This document shows positions 29,362 through 43,189 of a DNA stretch of 64,000 bases, in pieces. This stretch comes from the human T2T-CHM13v2.0 reference genome, Homo sapiens: assembly GCF_009914755.1 (NCBI RefSeq), contig NC_060932.1; one strand, written 5' to 3'. The stretch's first letter is position 1; the number at the start of each line of letters is the position of its first letter. A program made the position numbers and the translations under genes. The notes beneath the pieces were generated by a model, which did no database searches, was not told the origin of the DNA, and was given only the letters and a program-made list of their open reading frames with translations.

Positions 29362-30560
29362 CCACACAGGGGGCAGCTTCAAAATTCTGTATTCCTCTGA
29401 CCCAACTTACCCCAGGGAAAAGTCATGGACATGTACAAAGTTATAGGTATGTGTACATATATGTGTATATATGTATATATACACACACACACATGCACTA
29501 CTACTATGTCATCCTGCTCTGCCAGGCACTGAGGTCAATTACAGAGTTGGTCTGGAGAAAAGAATGACCCTCTTTCCTTTGAGTTACCCTCTTTATGCTT
29601 TGTACCCCGGCAGACAAGATTTTGTGCAACTACTCTTTGAAGCTCTACCTTCAGTTCTACCTGGGAAGGTTAGTATAATGGCATCCATGCTCCATTCACA
29701 ATCTTTGCCCCATCCCATCACTTAGGGTACACCCACCTCAGTTCTGTCTCCTTCCCCAGAGTTGATTCTCTCTGAGGAGAAACTATGCATAGAAACTTTG
29801 GTTGAGCCACCGTTGCAGTTTTCTCCACATACTGAACCATGCCCAAATCCATGGGTAGGGCCTAGTCTCAAACTGAGCTCTGTATTGCAAACAATAACCA
29901 GTTTGAATTCTACTCATTGCAAGGAGACGCTTTAAAGACAGAGGGGCAGCAAGTCTGCACCCTCAAGCTATCAATCCAGTTGAGGGGACAGCAGGATGAG
30001 ATCTACTGGGACCGGGGACTTTTCTGAGCAGTGACATACTGCGCTGCTAAAGTTATTTGACTTTGCCATTTGTAGAATGAAATACGAATTGTTCCTTATT
30101 AGGGCTTGTGATTTGTTAATTAGCTTTAAAATAAAATGTTCATGATAACAGCGACAAATGATGTTAAACCTACACAGATAATTAAGATAAACGGAATGTC
30201 AATTGCTCCTAATGCTGTCAGCAGATTAAAGCTATCTTATTTGTTAAGGAAACACAGGAATATATTTCCCAGCCAACTACAATGCTAAATACTAAGAACA
30301 CTTAGTAATTTATGCTAAAAATGTGCACAGCCAGTTTGCAAGATGGAACTGAAAACCTATACAATGAAGAAATTGTTAAAGGTGATATAGGAGGAAGCCA
30401 TTAGCGTGGCCTTAGAAGATTTCTTAATTTTAAGGTCCCTCTAAGCTAATGGAAATGTTCCAGCATAGAGTTGAAATTTTAGTACTAAATAGAAGCTTTG
30501 AGATAATAGCTTCAATTATTGAGTGCTTACTCTGTGCTGGGTGCTATTTGAAGTGTTCCA

Positions 30561-31930
30561 CATATTTATACAATACAAGAAGTCCACACTACTGTTCTTC
30601 CCATTTCACAGACAATGAACTCCAGGCACAAAGACAACCGATTTGCCAAAGTCACCCAGCCAGCAAGTGGAAAGCCAGGATTTGAACCCCAGCAGTTTGG
30701 CTCTAAAGCCTGTGCTCTTCCACATCTCACAGTGCAGAGTCCCGCATCTCAAGGCACTGTCTGTGGGTTGCCAGTGAGTTACCTGGGTTAAGATAGATTT
30801 AGGTTTCATAGGATGCAGCATCATCTCATGACCCCCTCTCTCCCAGGAAACCTGCTCTCCAGACCTGATTGTGCAGACACTTGCATCTTGTCCTGACCAG
30901 AGATACTGCCCTCCTCACACTGAGAAGGACGACTCCACATACCCAGGGCCAAAGGACCTCATGTGACCCATTCTGGGACAACAGACAGGCGCTAGTGCAT
31001 CCTGCTCTGTCTCCAGCTCTTCTCAGAATAGGCTGGAGGATTACTGCTGTCTAACATTTCTGACCCTCCCCTCTCCACCCAACTCGTAGATTAGCAAATA
31101 TCAAAGTCACAGGTATTCGTGACTAGTCCAAGCCACCTGATACTTCGAAAAGATGTGTGGTTTTGTCGGTTGTTTCATAACTGCTTGGGATCCGTTTATG
31201 GGAAGAGGCTCTTCCTCTTTCAGTTGGTACCAAAATGAGAGTTTCCCTTTGATATCATCCCCTAGACTTTCATCTTTGTACAGTCAGTCAGGGGAAAATT
31301 CCTCCAAGGGCCCCTGCTGTGAGTTTGCCATTCTAAAAGGCCAGGGCTGAACACATATATCTTCCGTGTCCAAAGGTATCTCTCCTACCGAACACCAAGC
31401 TCCACTGGAAACGGAATCTTCCGTCTTGAAAATCTGCATCTTCAGTTCCCTCCGTGAAGGAGCGGGCTCTGATCTGAGAAACCAGTGGTTCAAGAGCTCC
31501 ACCATGAGGAAAGCAGGAAACAAGCCCTCGAGCAAGACATTTCTGTCATTTTCAAAAGCAGGTGCTACCCACAGGAAGGCAAAGGCCAGAGATGGGGAAT
31601 GGGGACCAGGGGAGCAGCCAGGTCATGGCTCTGGGACTGTCTGGTGAGGAAAGGGACTTGGCACAGTGTCTCCTGTCCCCTCATCTGCCCCGCCTTTTGC
31701 CGCATATTTATACAACACAAGAAGTCCACACTTCTGTTCTTCCCAGTTCACAGATAATTAACTCCGGGCACAAAGACAACTGATTTGCCAAAGTCACCCA
31801 GCCAGCAAGTGGAAAGCCAGGATTTGAACCCCAGCAGTTTGGCTGTAAAGCCTGTGCTCTTCCACACCTCACAGCACAGGGTTCCACATCTCGAGGCACC
31901 GTCTATGGGTTGCCAGTGAGTTACCTGGGT
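30561..31930 (+). repeat. 228-bp direct duplication (30561-30788 and 31703-31930), MIR plus flank
   Basis: Ungapped manual alignment, ~17 mismatches. Confidence 0.93.
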
Positions 31931-33217
31931 CACAGAAGATATATGTGCTCAGCCCTGGCCCTTTAGAATGGCTTTCTCCCCACTCCACGCAGGGCACATG
32001 GGGGCTACTAACTCTGAGCTCTACATTGGTAGCAGCTGGCAAGACGCTAAAGCTACTCTTCCCTCTTGGAGAATTAGATGCAATTAGGTTTGCTAAATTC
32101 TCCCATCAGCCCTGCTCACTAAATTCCTCACTGACTGCAATAGTGTTGCCTCCCAGCTGCTGCAGCGTCTGACCCTCACATCTGCTGGCTTCTCCCCTGG
32201 GGCCAGATCACTCCTGCAGCTACCAGCTCTCACCACCCCCACCCCCATCCCAGGCCACCAGCCCTTTGAGATGGGTTGGAACTCTCTGCCAATTAGAGGT
32301 GACTGGGGGATTCTGGGGAAAGCATAAGCTTTGGTATCAATTAGAACTGGGACAGAAATCTGGATCTATCTGTATCACTTTAAACAAGGAGCAGAACCTC
32401 TCTGAAACTCATCTTGAAAATGAGAGAAATGTTTTATTTCCTTTTCTCATTTATGTGTTGACCCCACTCAGAGGGCAGACATTGTGTCTGTCTTGTCCAC
32501 GGTTTTATCTCCATTACCTAACACAGTGCCTGGCACTTAGAAGACAATAAATATTTGTGGAGGGAAGGAGGAAAAAAATACTTTCCCTATAGGATTGTTA
32601 AGAGCACTAAATGAGATAACATATGTAAGAATCTGAGTTACACGTGCTCTATAAATGATGGATTCTAACCACCAGCTTATTTTGATTACATGACACCAGG
32701 CTTCTTGTTTCAGCTAATTATCATTGTCACCTCATCCATTCATTCATTGCAGAAATACTGAGCACCTGCTACAAGTAATGCAGGACAATAAAAACGTAAA
32801 GAGCATGGTCCCTACCTTAAAGCGGCTCAGTTACAATTTCAGTATACCATGTGCCACAGCGGTCATAAGTACAGAGAGCCATGAGCACACAGAGACTAGC
32901 CAGGAAAGGATGTAGGAGCAGGGAAAAATCTGGAGGTGGAGAAAAACTTCCTATGTTGAACTCTGGTGCCCATTGACAAAGCTGAGTCCCTGGAAATGAG
33001 TAGATGATGAATTTTATCACACACAAAAGATATGCTTGGAATAATTTTTTACCAGTCTCTTTCCTCAGAGATGTATCTGGATGTTGCCTTTAGCTGGTTA
33101 GACTCTGTCTCTTGGAGAACTGTATGAAGGGCAGTCCAAGTTCTCTGAGACTTTTGGCTCCAACAGATCCAAACCACCAGACAGCAGGAATTAGAAACAG
33201 GTGCTACCTATGGTCTG

Positions 33218-33598
33218 TGTATTAGTCCGTTCTCGCACTGCTATAAAGAAACTGAGACTTGTTAATTTATAAAGAAAAGAGGCTTAACTGACTCACGGTT
33301 CCTCAGGCCGTACAGGTAGCATGGCTTGGGAGGCCTCAGGAAACTTTCAATCACAGCAGAAGGTGAAGGGAAAGCAGGCATATCTTACATGGCCGGAGTA
33401 GGAGGAAGAGAGCAAAGTGGGAAGTGCTACACACTTTTAAACAATCAGATCTCGTGAGAACTCACTCACTATCATGAGAACAGCAAGGCGGAAGTTGGCC
33501 CCCTTGATCCAATCACCTCCCAATAGGCCCCTCCTCTAACACTGGGGATTACAATTCAACATGAGATTCGGGCGGGTCCACAAATCCGAAACATATCA
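33218..33598 (-). mobile_element. MSTA-like solo LTR
   Basis: tgtattagtccgttctcgcactgctataaag...acatatca; perfect TSD GTCTG (33213-33217, 33599-33603). Confidence 0.93.
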
Positions 33599-33866
33599 GT
33601 CTGGAATTTAAATAAATTGAAGCAAGCATATCTTTATTTGCCACCAATTTATTACCCTAAGTTCTGGGCAAGACTTCTTGGAAAACTCCTCTAAATTTTT
33701 TGAGCAGCATCTAACATTTTACACAGTAGACCACGTGATGTGTTCTCAGGTTTCCAAAATTTGTCATATGCAGCCACTGGCCGGACATGCCATTGTGAGT
33801 TTCACCTGTACTATTTCTTTTCTTAACGTTTTTAAATTATTTTACTTAAAAAAAAAAAACTATTCA

Positions 33867-34184
33867 GGATCAGGCGTGGTGGCTCACACCTGTAACTGCA
33901 GCACTTTGGGAGGCCGAGGTGGGCAGATCACTTGAGGTCAGGAGTTCGAGACCAGCCTGGCCAACATGGTGAAACCCTGTCTCTACGTGTCTCTACTACA
34001 AATACAAAAATTAGCCGGGCATGGTGGCATGTGCCTGTAATCCCAGCTACTTGGGAGGCTGAGGCAGGAGAATCACTTGAACCTGGGAAGCAGAGAGCCG
34101 GGATCAGTGAGCCGAGATCACACCACTGCACTCCAGACTGGACGAAAGAGCAAGACTCCATCTCAAAAACAAACAAACAAACAA
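33867..34184 (+). mobile_element. AluS with (CAAA)n tail
   Basis: Alu body with small internal duplication gtctctac-gt-gtctctac. Confidence 0.92.
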
Positions 34185-35419
34185 ACTAAACTTTTCAAAG
34201 AAGATTTTCCAGATGTAATTAAAAAACAAGTATCAACTGCCCTTGCAGTCCCAATGTCTTCAAACATTATTGCCATTCCAGTCATGAAGTGATGCTCAAA
34301 CACAATTCTCAGCAAGCCATGCCGCATGACCTTGAGACGGACAAATGAAGCTCTAAATTGACACCTGCCAATGGAGTGTGTTATGGAGGGTGTGTAGCTC
34401 AAAGGGATCGTATCCCACCAAAAAATCATCTTGACTTCCACCAGCTAGCAATAGAAATTTGGGTGCACTCAGTGAAAAGATGATGCGATTTAAACCATGA
34501 TGCCTGGGTTGGGGTCATGCCTCTACCCCTTACTAGTTGTGTGACTTTGGACAGGAACTTAACTTCTCTGAGCTTCAAGTCCCAAATATCATTGTTATCA
34601 TAATAATAATGATATTATTATGACAGCAATTTCTCATAAAATTGGTGAGCCAATGAAATTATTGCAATGGTATGACTGCAAAATCACCTTGTAAACTCTA
34701 AAGTATGCATAAATATTTATTAATTTCCTGAGAAATAAATCTTCCAAGATACAGTGAAGCTTACACTTTTACTGTCAGAACTTGGACATTATCATTATTG
34801 ATGAGAGACTATAAAGAACATGGCCTTTGACCATTACTCAGACAATTGAGTAGGCGACAGGAGAATGTTTCTCACCCCTTCTTTCTATGATGTGTAAACA
34901 TGCTAAGCTGGAGAAATGATCAGAGAACAGGAGATGTGGTTGTGAGAGTTGGCACAGGATGCAGAAAGCCCAGATGTACAATGAGTGCTATCCTGCCATA
35001 GACACATCACCTAGCAAGGTCCCATAAAACCAGGACAACTCTTTCCTTCACATGGTGGATCTTCACTGCACCTCAACTCAGCCAGTTTTAACAAGTCAGT
35101 ACCACCCCCAGCTATCTACGGTCGCCTCACCATAGTCCTGATAGTGCTGTACATGGCCCCATTCCTGACCCAGCCTCACTTGTCTATCCCTCCCAAATGC
35201 TGGCCCTGAGCCTTTGGTAACCCCTTCTCCAAAATCAGTCAGTTGGTGCCTTCCTCTGCGGGCCTTATGTTACCTGAAACAGGGCATTGCCCTGGGAACT
35301 CTTCCCATGTCGCCTTTGGAAAGAAAGCTTTTATTTTCTCACACCCCATGGACCTCTCAGGTATGTGGGGAAAGTTGAGCTGGGGTCCTCTTTGATCCCC
35401 ACTGACACCTCCAGACCAT

Positions 35420-36330
35420 GGACACCACATTATTTTGTTACAACCCTGCTCTTTTAAGACTCACAACTCAGCTATACCTCCCTCTCCTACTCCTCATCTT
35501 GTCCTGACAGTACCTCTCTTTCACTGAAGACTTAAACACTTGGCTCTCAGGATCCACCCAAGATGCAAAACCCTGGACTCTCAGCTCCCTGAGGTTCTCA
35601 TCACCAATGAGCCCACCCACTTCCCCAGCAACAAACCCCAGCCTCCTTCTCCCACACTTACTATGTTCTGAATCACCAATTCTAGCACCTCACTCTGACC
35701 ACAATCTCCTCCCCTTCCAGAGCACTTGTTCACCTACTCCCCCCACCACAGTTCTTAGACTTAATCAAGACCCCCAAGTTCTCTCACTCATCTACTTTCT
35801 CCCAATCCATGAACCTCTTCTCTTCACGTCTCTCTATCCAGCTAAGATTCCGGAGTCCATCATATTACTAGTAGTAGCATTCCTATCAATAGCCTTAACT
35901 CTGTTCCTCACCTGCATTTTACCATACATACATACATTTTACCATACATAGAAAAATCCAGGAAAAAACCCATTGTGAATGCAACAATCCAGTTTTTACA
36001 TATTTGTACCCTAGCAGCAAATGCTGCTAGAGAAAAACCATACACTAAGGCAAACTGAATCTACTAGGCTCTCCATCCTCCACAATTGCTTCTTCACACC
36101 TCCCCTCGCTGCCCCTACCCCCACTTCCCAAGGAGGTGACCTTATCATCTCTTTCACAGAGAAATTAAGTCAACAAACAACAAGCTTACAATGTCTCTTC
36201 ACTAAACTACAGACATACCCCATCACCATCCATCCACCTTCCCTAGCTTCCCTCCTGCTACAATAGAGGAAGTGTCTGAGGTCAAGCCCTCCACCTGTGC
36301 TTTCCATCATCCCACCTTCTCAGGAGGCTT
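35420..36330 (+). mobile_element. L2-like remnant
   Basis: C/T-rich degraded sequence (cactgaagacttaaacacttggctc, ctctgaccacaatctcct, ctctttcacagagaaa) typical of L2 ORF2. Confidence 0.6.
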
Positions 36331-36406
36331 ACATTACCTTCTCACACCCCTCTTCTTACCTTTGCCAAGATTGTCTTGATGAATTCTTATCTCAAGATTT
36401 TTTCTC

Positions 36407-36732
<326 letters not shown>

Positions 36733-37904
36733 TTACAATCAGCCTGCTTTTTCAGCCTGCAAGGTACTTAATTTTTTGAGTCTGATTTCCTTTTGGTTTT
36801 TCTTACAAACTCACTAATTCTTTCCTGAGCTCATCTCTTTCTTGTAATTCTTTGAGGAAAGTACCAATAATTTCCAACACTCTTTGTGACACATCTTCTA
36901 TATGTCGTCCAGATCCATTTTCCACCCTACGCCTGGAGGCTGATCTGTAAGGACGGCATCAAGCTCCCTTGCCCTCTTGCTCCTAGTTGGTTTTGGCTAA
37001 TGGGGAGCCACTGAAGGAGATAGGAGGCAAGAGGAACAAGGTGAGAGTATTTATTTTCTGGCTCCTTCTCAGCGAAGTTGCCTTAGGCTTGCTGTCTCGC
37101 TCTAAATGAAGATCACATCTTATTCATAATTCTCTCCCTCTGGTTTAACTGCTCCCTCAAGCTTAAGGGAGGAGTTAAGCAGGGGTGGTAACAGCCCTGT
37201 AATTAATTGGTAGCCCCATGTACTACACTATTTCCTATGGTTTCCTGTCCATAACTTTCTAAATTGTCCTGTTGCCAAACTTCTTTTGAATTACCCTAAC
37301 TTGAATTGCCAACTGTTTCTTGCTGAGCCCGATACTCACATAAATACCGATTATTTCCATGTACTTTTTTTTTCTTCCAGGGATCAATTTCTGTTTTAAC
37401 TAGAATCCCTTTGGTTGAAAATCAAGAAACCTAATTTGACCTACCTTAAGCCGAAAGTGGCATTTGTTACCTTGAAAATGAAACTATGCAAAGAATACAG
37501 TTGGACCTCAGAGGAGTTTAGAACTAGGACTCTCTCTAGCTTGTCTTTAGAATAAAAGTGCTTCTCTTTCTTCAGTTTCAATTAGGAAAACCCTAGGTAA
37601 GGACCTGGCCCAGTCTGGATCACATGCTTAAGCCTGCGCCCAGACACATTCAGTGCATACTAGCGTATTGGCAGCCCTGGGAGAACCGCATGGTTGGGAA
37701 TGAGAGCAGCAGTCCCCAGAATTAAATGGCTGTTAGTCCCAGATATTTTCAATCACTCCGATTGTAATGACTCCACAGCAGAAATCACACATAGGAATTC
37801 ATATCTACTGTTAACTTCTTAGGTTCTAGATTTGGGGCTCTTATATCGTCAAATTTTTCTACTAACTCTGAGAATATCTCTATGTGTGCAAAGTCCACAG
37901 AGTA

Positions 37905-38357
37905 AAATATATGGTCACCTCTTTGGGAAACGGGGGTAGAGGTAGAGAGAGGAGGTGTGAAAAAGCAATTGTGCACAGTGGAGGTCAAGTTTACCAGGAA
38001 ATTGTAGTAGGATTACCAGATAGTGCTGAGATAGGGTAATCATGAATACGTAGAGAATCCAATTGCCTTGTTGTATGACTTCTTCTCTAGCAGCATTTGG
38101 CTGCTGGGGTGCAAATACTGGAAAAACTAAGTTGTTTCATTCAAAACAGACTTGGGGATTTTTCTAAATTTTTCTATGTATGGTAAAAAGCAGATAAGGG
38201 ACAGAGTTGAGGGTACTGGTATGAGTGCTACTGCTAGTAATATGATGTTTGTGGAATCTCAGCTGGAAACAAAGACATGAAGAGAGGCTTATGGATTGGG
38301 AGAAAGATAGGTGAGAGAACTGGGAGTCTCATTTAATGTAAAAACTATGGTTGGGGC
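37905..38357 (-). repeat. Inverted copy of 35741-36150 (L2-derived)
   Basis: Reverse complement aligns collinearly with 35741-36150 (see findings). Confidence 0.8.
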
Positions 38358-38399
38358 GATAGTTGAACAAACAAGTATGTATTTATCTGCAGACACAAA

Positions 38400-41300
38400 T
38401 AGTAAGTATATACATTCCTTTATTAGGGTAGCCCTTGCACTTATAAAGAAACCTTCCTCAAAAAGGAAATGTACAAAATGATGAAGATACCATAGTTTAT
38501 TTCAACATACTAAGCCAAAAAAATAAGAAAACAACTAATTTATTTGAAAAAAAAACAAATTCTGTACATGCAGGCTTGGCTTGATTGACCATAATGTATT
38601 TCAGCAAAAAAAATTTAGATACACCACACATAATAAAGCTTTCTATGTACACAGTAAATAGTAAATAACTTTGCTAAATGGCCAGACATTTGAAAAAATG
38701 AAAACACAGTTGTAAAACAAAGTATGTAAGAATATTGTGACCTTATTTAACTGTACAAAAAGCAATCATTCTCTCCAGCCTTCCATCTTCACTTACATTT
38801 TTTTAAACAAGATTAAGCCCCAAATTGAAGGGATTAAATCCTTTCTTCCTAATGCCTCGGGAATATGAGATTCTCTTTCAAATCTTTAACTTTTTACAAA
38901 GGAGCAGAGCACTTAAAGGGAAATGGTGGGAAACAAAGAGATTTCAATTCTGTGCCATTCATCCAGATTCTGCTGGGGAAGATTTCCCAAGTCCACTACC
39001 AATTCACTCAACTTGGTTTAAAAACATAATACCTGATTGTAGGATTAATTTGGCTTTTATTTAGCCCATCTGCAGCTTTATCATTAAAAATCAGCTCCTG
39101 ACATTAGCCCTTAGTTCAGTATCTACAAATGAAATTTGGGAATTCTATGACAGTGATGTTAGCATATTTAAATGTAAAATGCAAAATGATTAATTTTTAA
39201 ATATGCAAACTGCTACATTTTCTCAATAATCAATTCATGCACAAATAAAAAATGGCAATAGAAAAAGCAGAAAAATATGGATGTTTCTAAATGAGACAAT
39301 GAGACAATTATAAAAATTTCATGTATTAATATCAAGACAAGGCTGGGGCCAGCTTAGTTGTAAGAAAAACTATTATTGTATATAATTGGACAGCAAAACC
39401 CAGTCCTGTCTAAAAGCAATGGATCAAACTGTCTTCTCAAGTCCTTCCTGGCCATATTTCTATGTGATACAATGAAACATTTTTAATAAATGCAATCTAT
39501 CATAGAACTGCAAGTTTTTATATTCCTAATGAACTTAACTTTATTATAGCAATGATTTAAATACATGTACTGTAAAAAAGAGAAAACAGTTGTAAACACA
39601 CTCTTAATTTTTTTCTTTATCTGCAAGATAATATTTTTAAAAGATTACACAACTTCTTGATTCTTTAAGAACTAAGAACCAAAGTATTGAACATAATAAA
39701 TAAATGTGCAACCTGGAGGCCTGGAAAAAGAGATAGAATACCAAATAACAAACCAGTGCATTAAAAATCCAGTATGTCAGTATTAAGACTTCTTCATCCA
39801 AATCCAGTTAGGTTTATTGCTATTATAAATAAGCTTCACATTAAGGCATCTGTCATTACCTATGAAAAAGATTTGGATTCAAAACAAAGGAATATACACT
39901 GTACAATTTTTTTTCTTTCATTCTGATGTCATTACAGATATTATCAGTTTTAAATGTTAAGTTTTTGTATGGCAATATATAAATATCTTTAAACATATTA
40001 CCTGAATACAGTTCAAATGTCTCTCTATATTTTGATACTTTAATATATATATTTAAAGTATATTCAATTAATGAGGAAATAGACAAAAGCAAATCAACAT
40101 AGATGGTAAAGGACTAAATCTGAGACATTACAACCTCTAAAAAAAAATACTGTACAGACAGTGACGATGAGCAGATCTTGGCCAAGTCATTTAACTTCCC
40201 TGAGCCTCATTCTTTCCATCTGTAATATTTCAATAACAGTTGCTCTGTCAAGCTGTTTTGAGATCAAATGAGATGATGTAAAAACACTTGGCAAACTGAA
40301 GCAATGCAAAAATTAATGGTATTATCATAGGCCAAAAGATCTCAAGTTTCTGACAGTGTATCTAACAAATAAAGTTATGGCCTGCTCCTTTTGCATTCAC
40401 TTGAGAACTCCCAGTTTTGATTAGATTGTTATGGAAAGAATGGAGCCAAAATTTATGCAAAGAGAAAATCTCTAAGTTTTAGCATCCAGAATTGTATAAA
40501 GTACAGTTTGTTGGGAATGGGAAACAACTGCTTGAAGGGGTATACAGAATACCAAATAATAATGTATTAAAAATTCAGTATTTCAGTATTAAGACTTCTT
40601 CATCCAAAGACAGGTCTAACTCTAACTAGGCTCAGGCTACCTCTTGATACTTACTAAAAATAAATAGGGGCAGACTTCTCAAAAACCTTGGTTCCCGGCC
40701 TTTCATCAGACTCTTCTAGAGAAACCTCCTTTTCCCTCACCATTGGCTATCATGTTGCATAGTCACATTAAAAGAACTATCTCTTATAACAGCTCAAGAG
40801 TTTTAAAACCATAAAGAAACACAGCCTAAGTCAATTGCTGGTACACTATTCAGGCTGGTATAAATTTGAAATGATTCAATAATCCCTACCATGTTCTCCC
40901 TTTCTCAGTCCATAAGCCCTTCCTCTATGTATAAATGGTTCTCGGCCAGCTTTTTCCAATCTTTGTTCTGAGGAACACTAGCTGGGTGAGATGTTAACAG
41001 GTAAAAAACATCTGTGTTAAGTATGTTGGGAATATGCAGGGCGAGATAAATTTATGTACCACTGAACTGCTCAGTCTTTGATGTACTGACTGTACTTGCT
41101 AAAGAAGAATGAAGTGTTCAGCATTTCCCAAACTCATCTGACCACAGAATCCCCTTTTTCCCCCAAAAAAATATCTAGAGGAGCTAATAGCTCTTAGAAT
41201 ATTCTTTGGAAAATGCTATTCTAGCCTGATTCTAAACATTCCAGAGCTAAATCTGGCAATAGTTATGTTTTTAATTTCTGAAGAAGAATCATTTTTCTTA

Positions 41301-42032
41301 TAAGGTCAACTACCATGATAACCTCCTGGTTTCCACTCCATAAGTAGGCTTCCCAAAGCAACTAACAACTAAATTTTCTTCACTACATACTAAGGAATTC
41401 AAAGAACTTATTCTTGCGTGAATGAGAATTATGTTCTTTTTAAGGAGATACTTATATTCTTCCCCTAAGCATTAAAAATACAAAGATCTAATTCTAGATC
41501 CTAGGACCTAGAATCACAATTATTTTAAGGAAATGAGAGTATTTTATTACAACATCATTGCAATTAATATTATCAATGAATGATAATTAGTAGTGGTGCT
41601 AACAGTAGTAGTGTTGGTTAAGCATTTATTTTTGCATCCTAATCCTAATATCCACTCTATGAATTTAGGACCTACTATTACTCCCATTTTAAAGATAAGT
41701 ACACCGAGGTTTACCAAGATTAACTGACTTGCCAAGGGTCACACACTGGAGTAAGGGCAGAACCTTAGACTCATGTCTGACCCCTCGCCCCATGCTCTTA
41801 ACCACATAATGCCATCTTTTATTTCAGTGACAAGACAAAAGCATTTAGGTCACACTCTTGTTGTTAAACAGGAAAATTATATAAATGCAAATTGTTTAGA
41901 ATAGGTTTTGGATTTCCTTTTGAGCAAACCCCCAGTCCTTTAAAGGATATACTTAAAATTTTTTTTAAGCAGAGGAAAATAGACTACTATTTACCAATGA
42001 CAAGTTTATAGAGTTTTAAAACGAGAGGTTTT
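38400..42032 (-). other. RRM2B: RRM2B 3'UTR (~3.6 kb, AT-rich, with MIR and DNA-transposon relics)
   Basis: Follows the stop codon; AT-rich, Alu-free; 3' end inferred from AATAAA at 38419-38424 and a downstream GU-rich tract; length agrees with my recollection of a ~5 kb mRNA. Confidence 0.8.
38419..38424 (-). terminator. Distal polyadenylation signal AATAAA of RRM2B
   Basis: tttatt on +; followed on - by ATTTGTGTCTG (GU-rich downstream element) about 20-30 nt later. Confidence 0.75.
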
Positions 42033-42185
<153 letters not shown>

Positions 42186-42766
42186 CTAAAAAGGAAAGAA
42201 ATATTATTAGACATTCTGAAGAGATCAAATTACATCCACAATAAGAGCAAAGATGACCAAAACAGAGGTCAGGTTTCTCAAAACCTATCTAGTCAGCTAC
42301 AAGATCATATCATTCCCCTAAGACCCTGGAGGTACTCAAGGCTGACAAATTTTAAGATGACCCAAGATCAACCACTAATCTCCTCAAGAAACTGTACTAG
42401 CATCTCTGGTATTCTAATAAATAGAAAAAAAAACACAACTATTTCAGGAATTGAAATATTTAATACTAACCAATAGAAAATGTTCTCACAGCTTGAGATA
42501 TCCAATACACCATGAGCATTTTTCATAGATATTACTATTAGTCAGACATACATGATACTATAAAATGTTAAATTAGCAACAATCCACTGTGGTTCTAAGT
42601 ATGTTTCTTAGTTTATAAGAGAACAGATAATCAACAAATTGTCATTAAGGGAACATGATCAGGGAAGACAGAATAAATGTTATCCATAGTGACTAGATGT
42701 CTCCAAACAAAAAGGGGGACTATGCTAACAAGAAGCTTTTTTACTGCTTCAGAATTCAAGAAACAA

Positions 42767-43151
<385 letters not shown>

Positions 43152-43189
43152 TTAGGAGTATCCCAGCAAAAAATATGAACACTACAGAT

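Noticed and set aside
29067-29567. Stacked ORFs rich in Y/I/H/T/C/V
   Set aside because: Translation artefact of the TA/TG/CA microsatellite
39778-39784. CAGTATT (miR-200b/c/429 seed match) in the duplicated UTR block
   Set aside because: It is on the + strand, antisense to RRM2B mRNA, so not a target site
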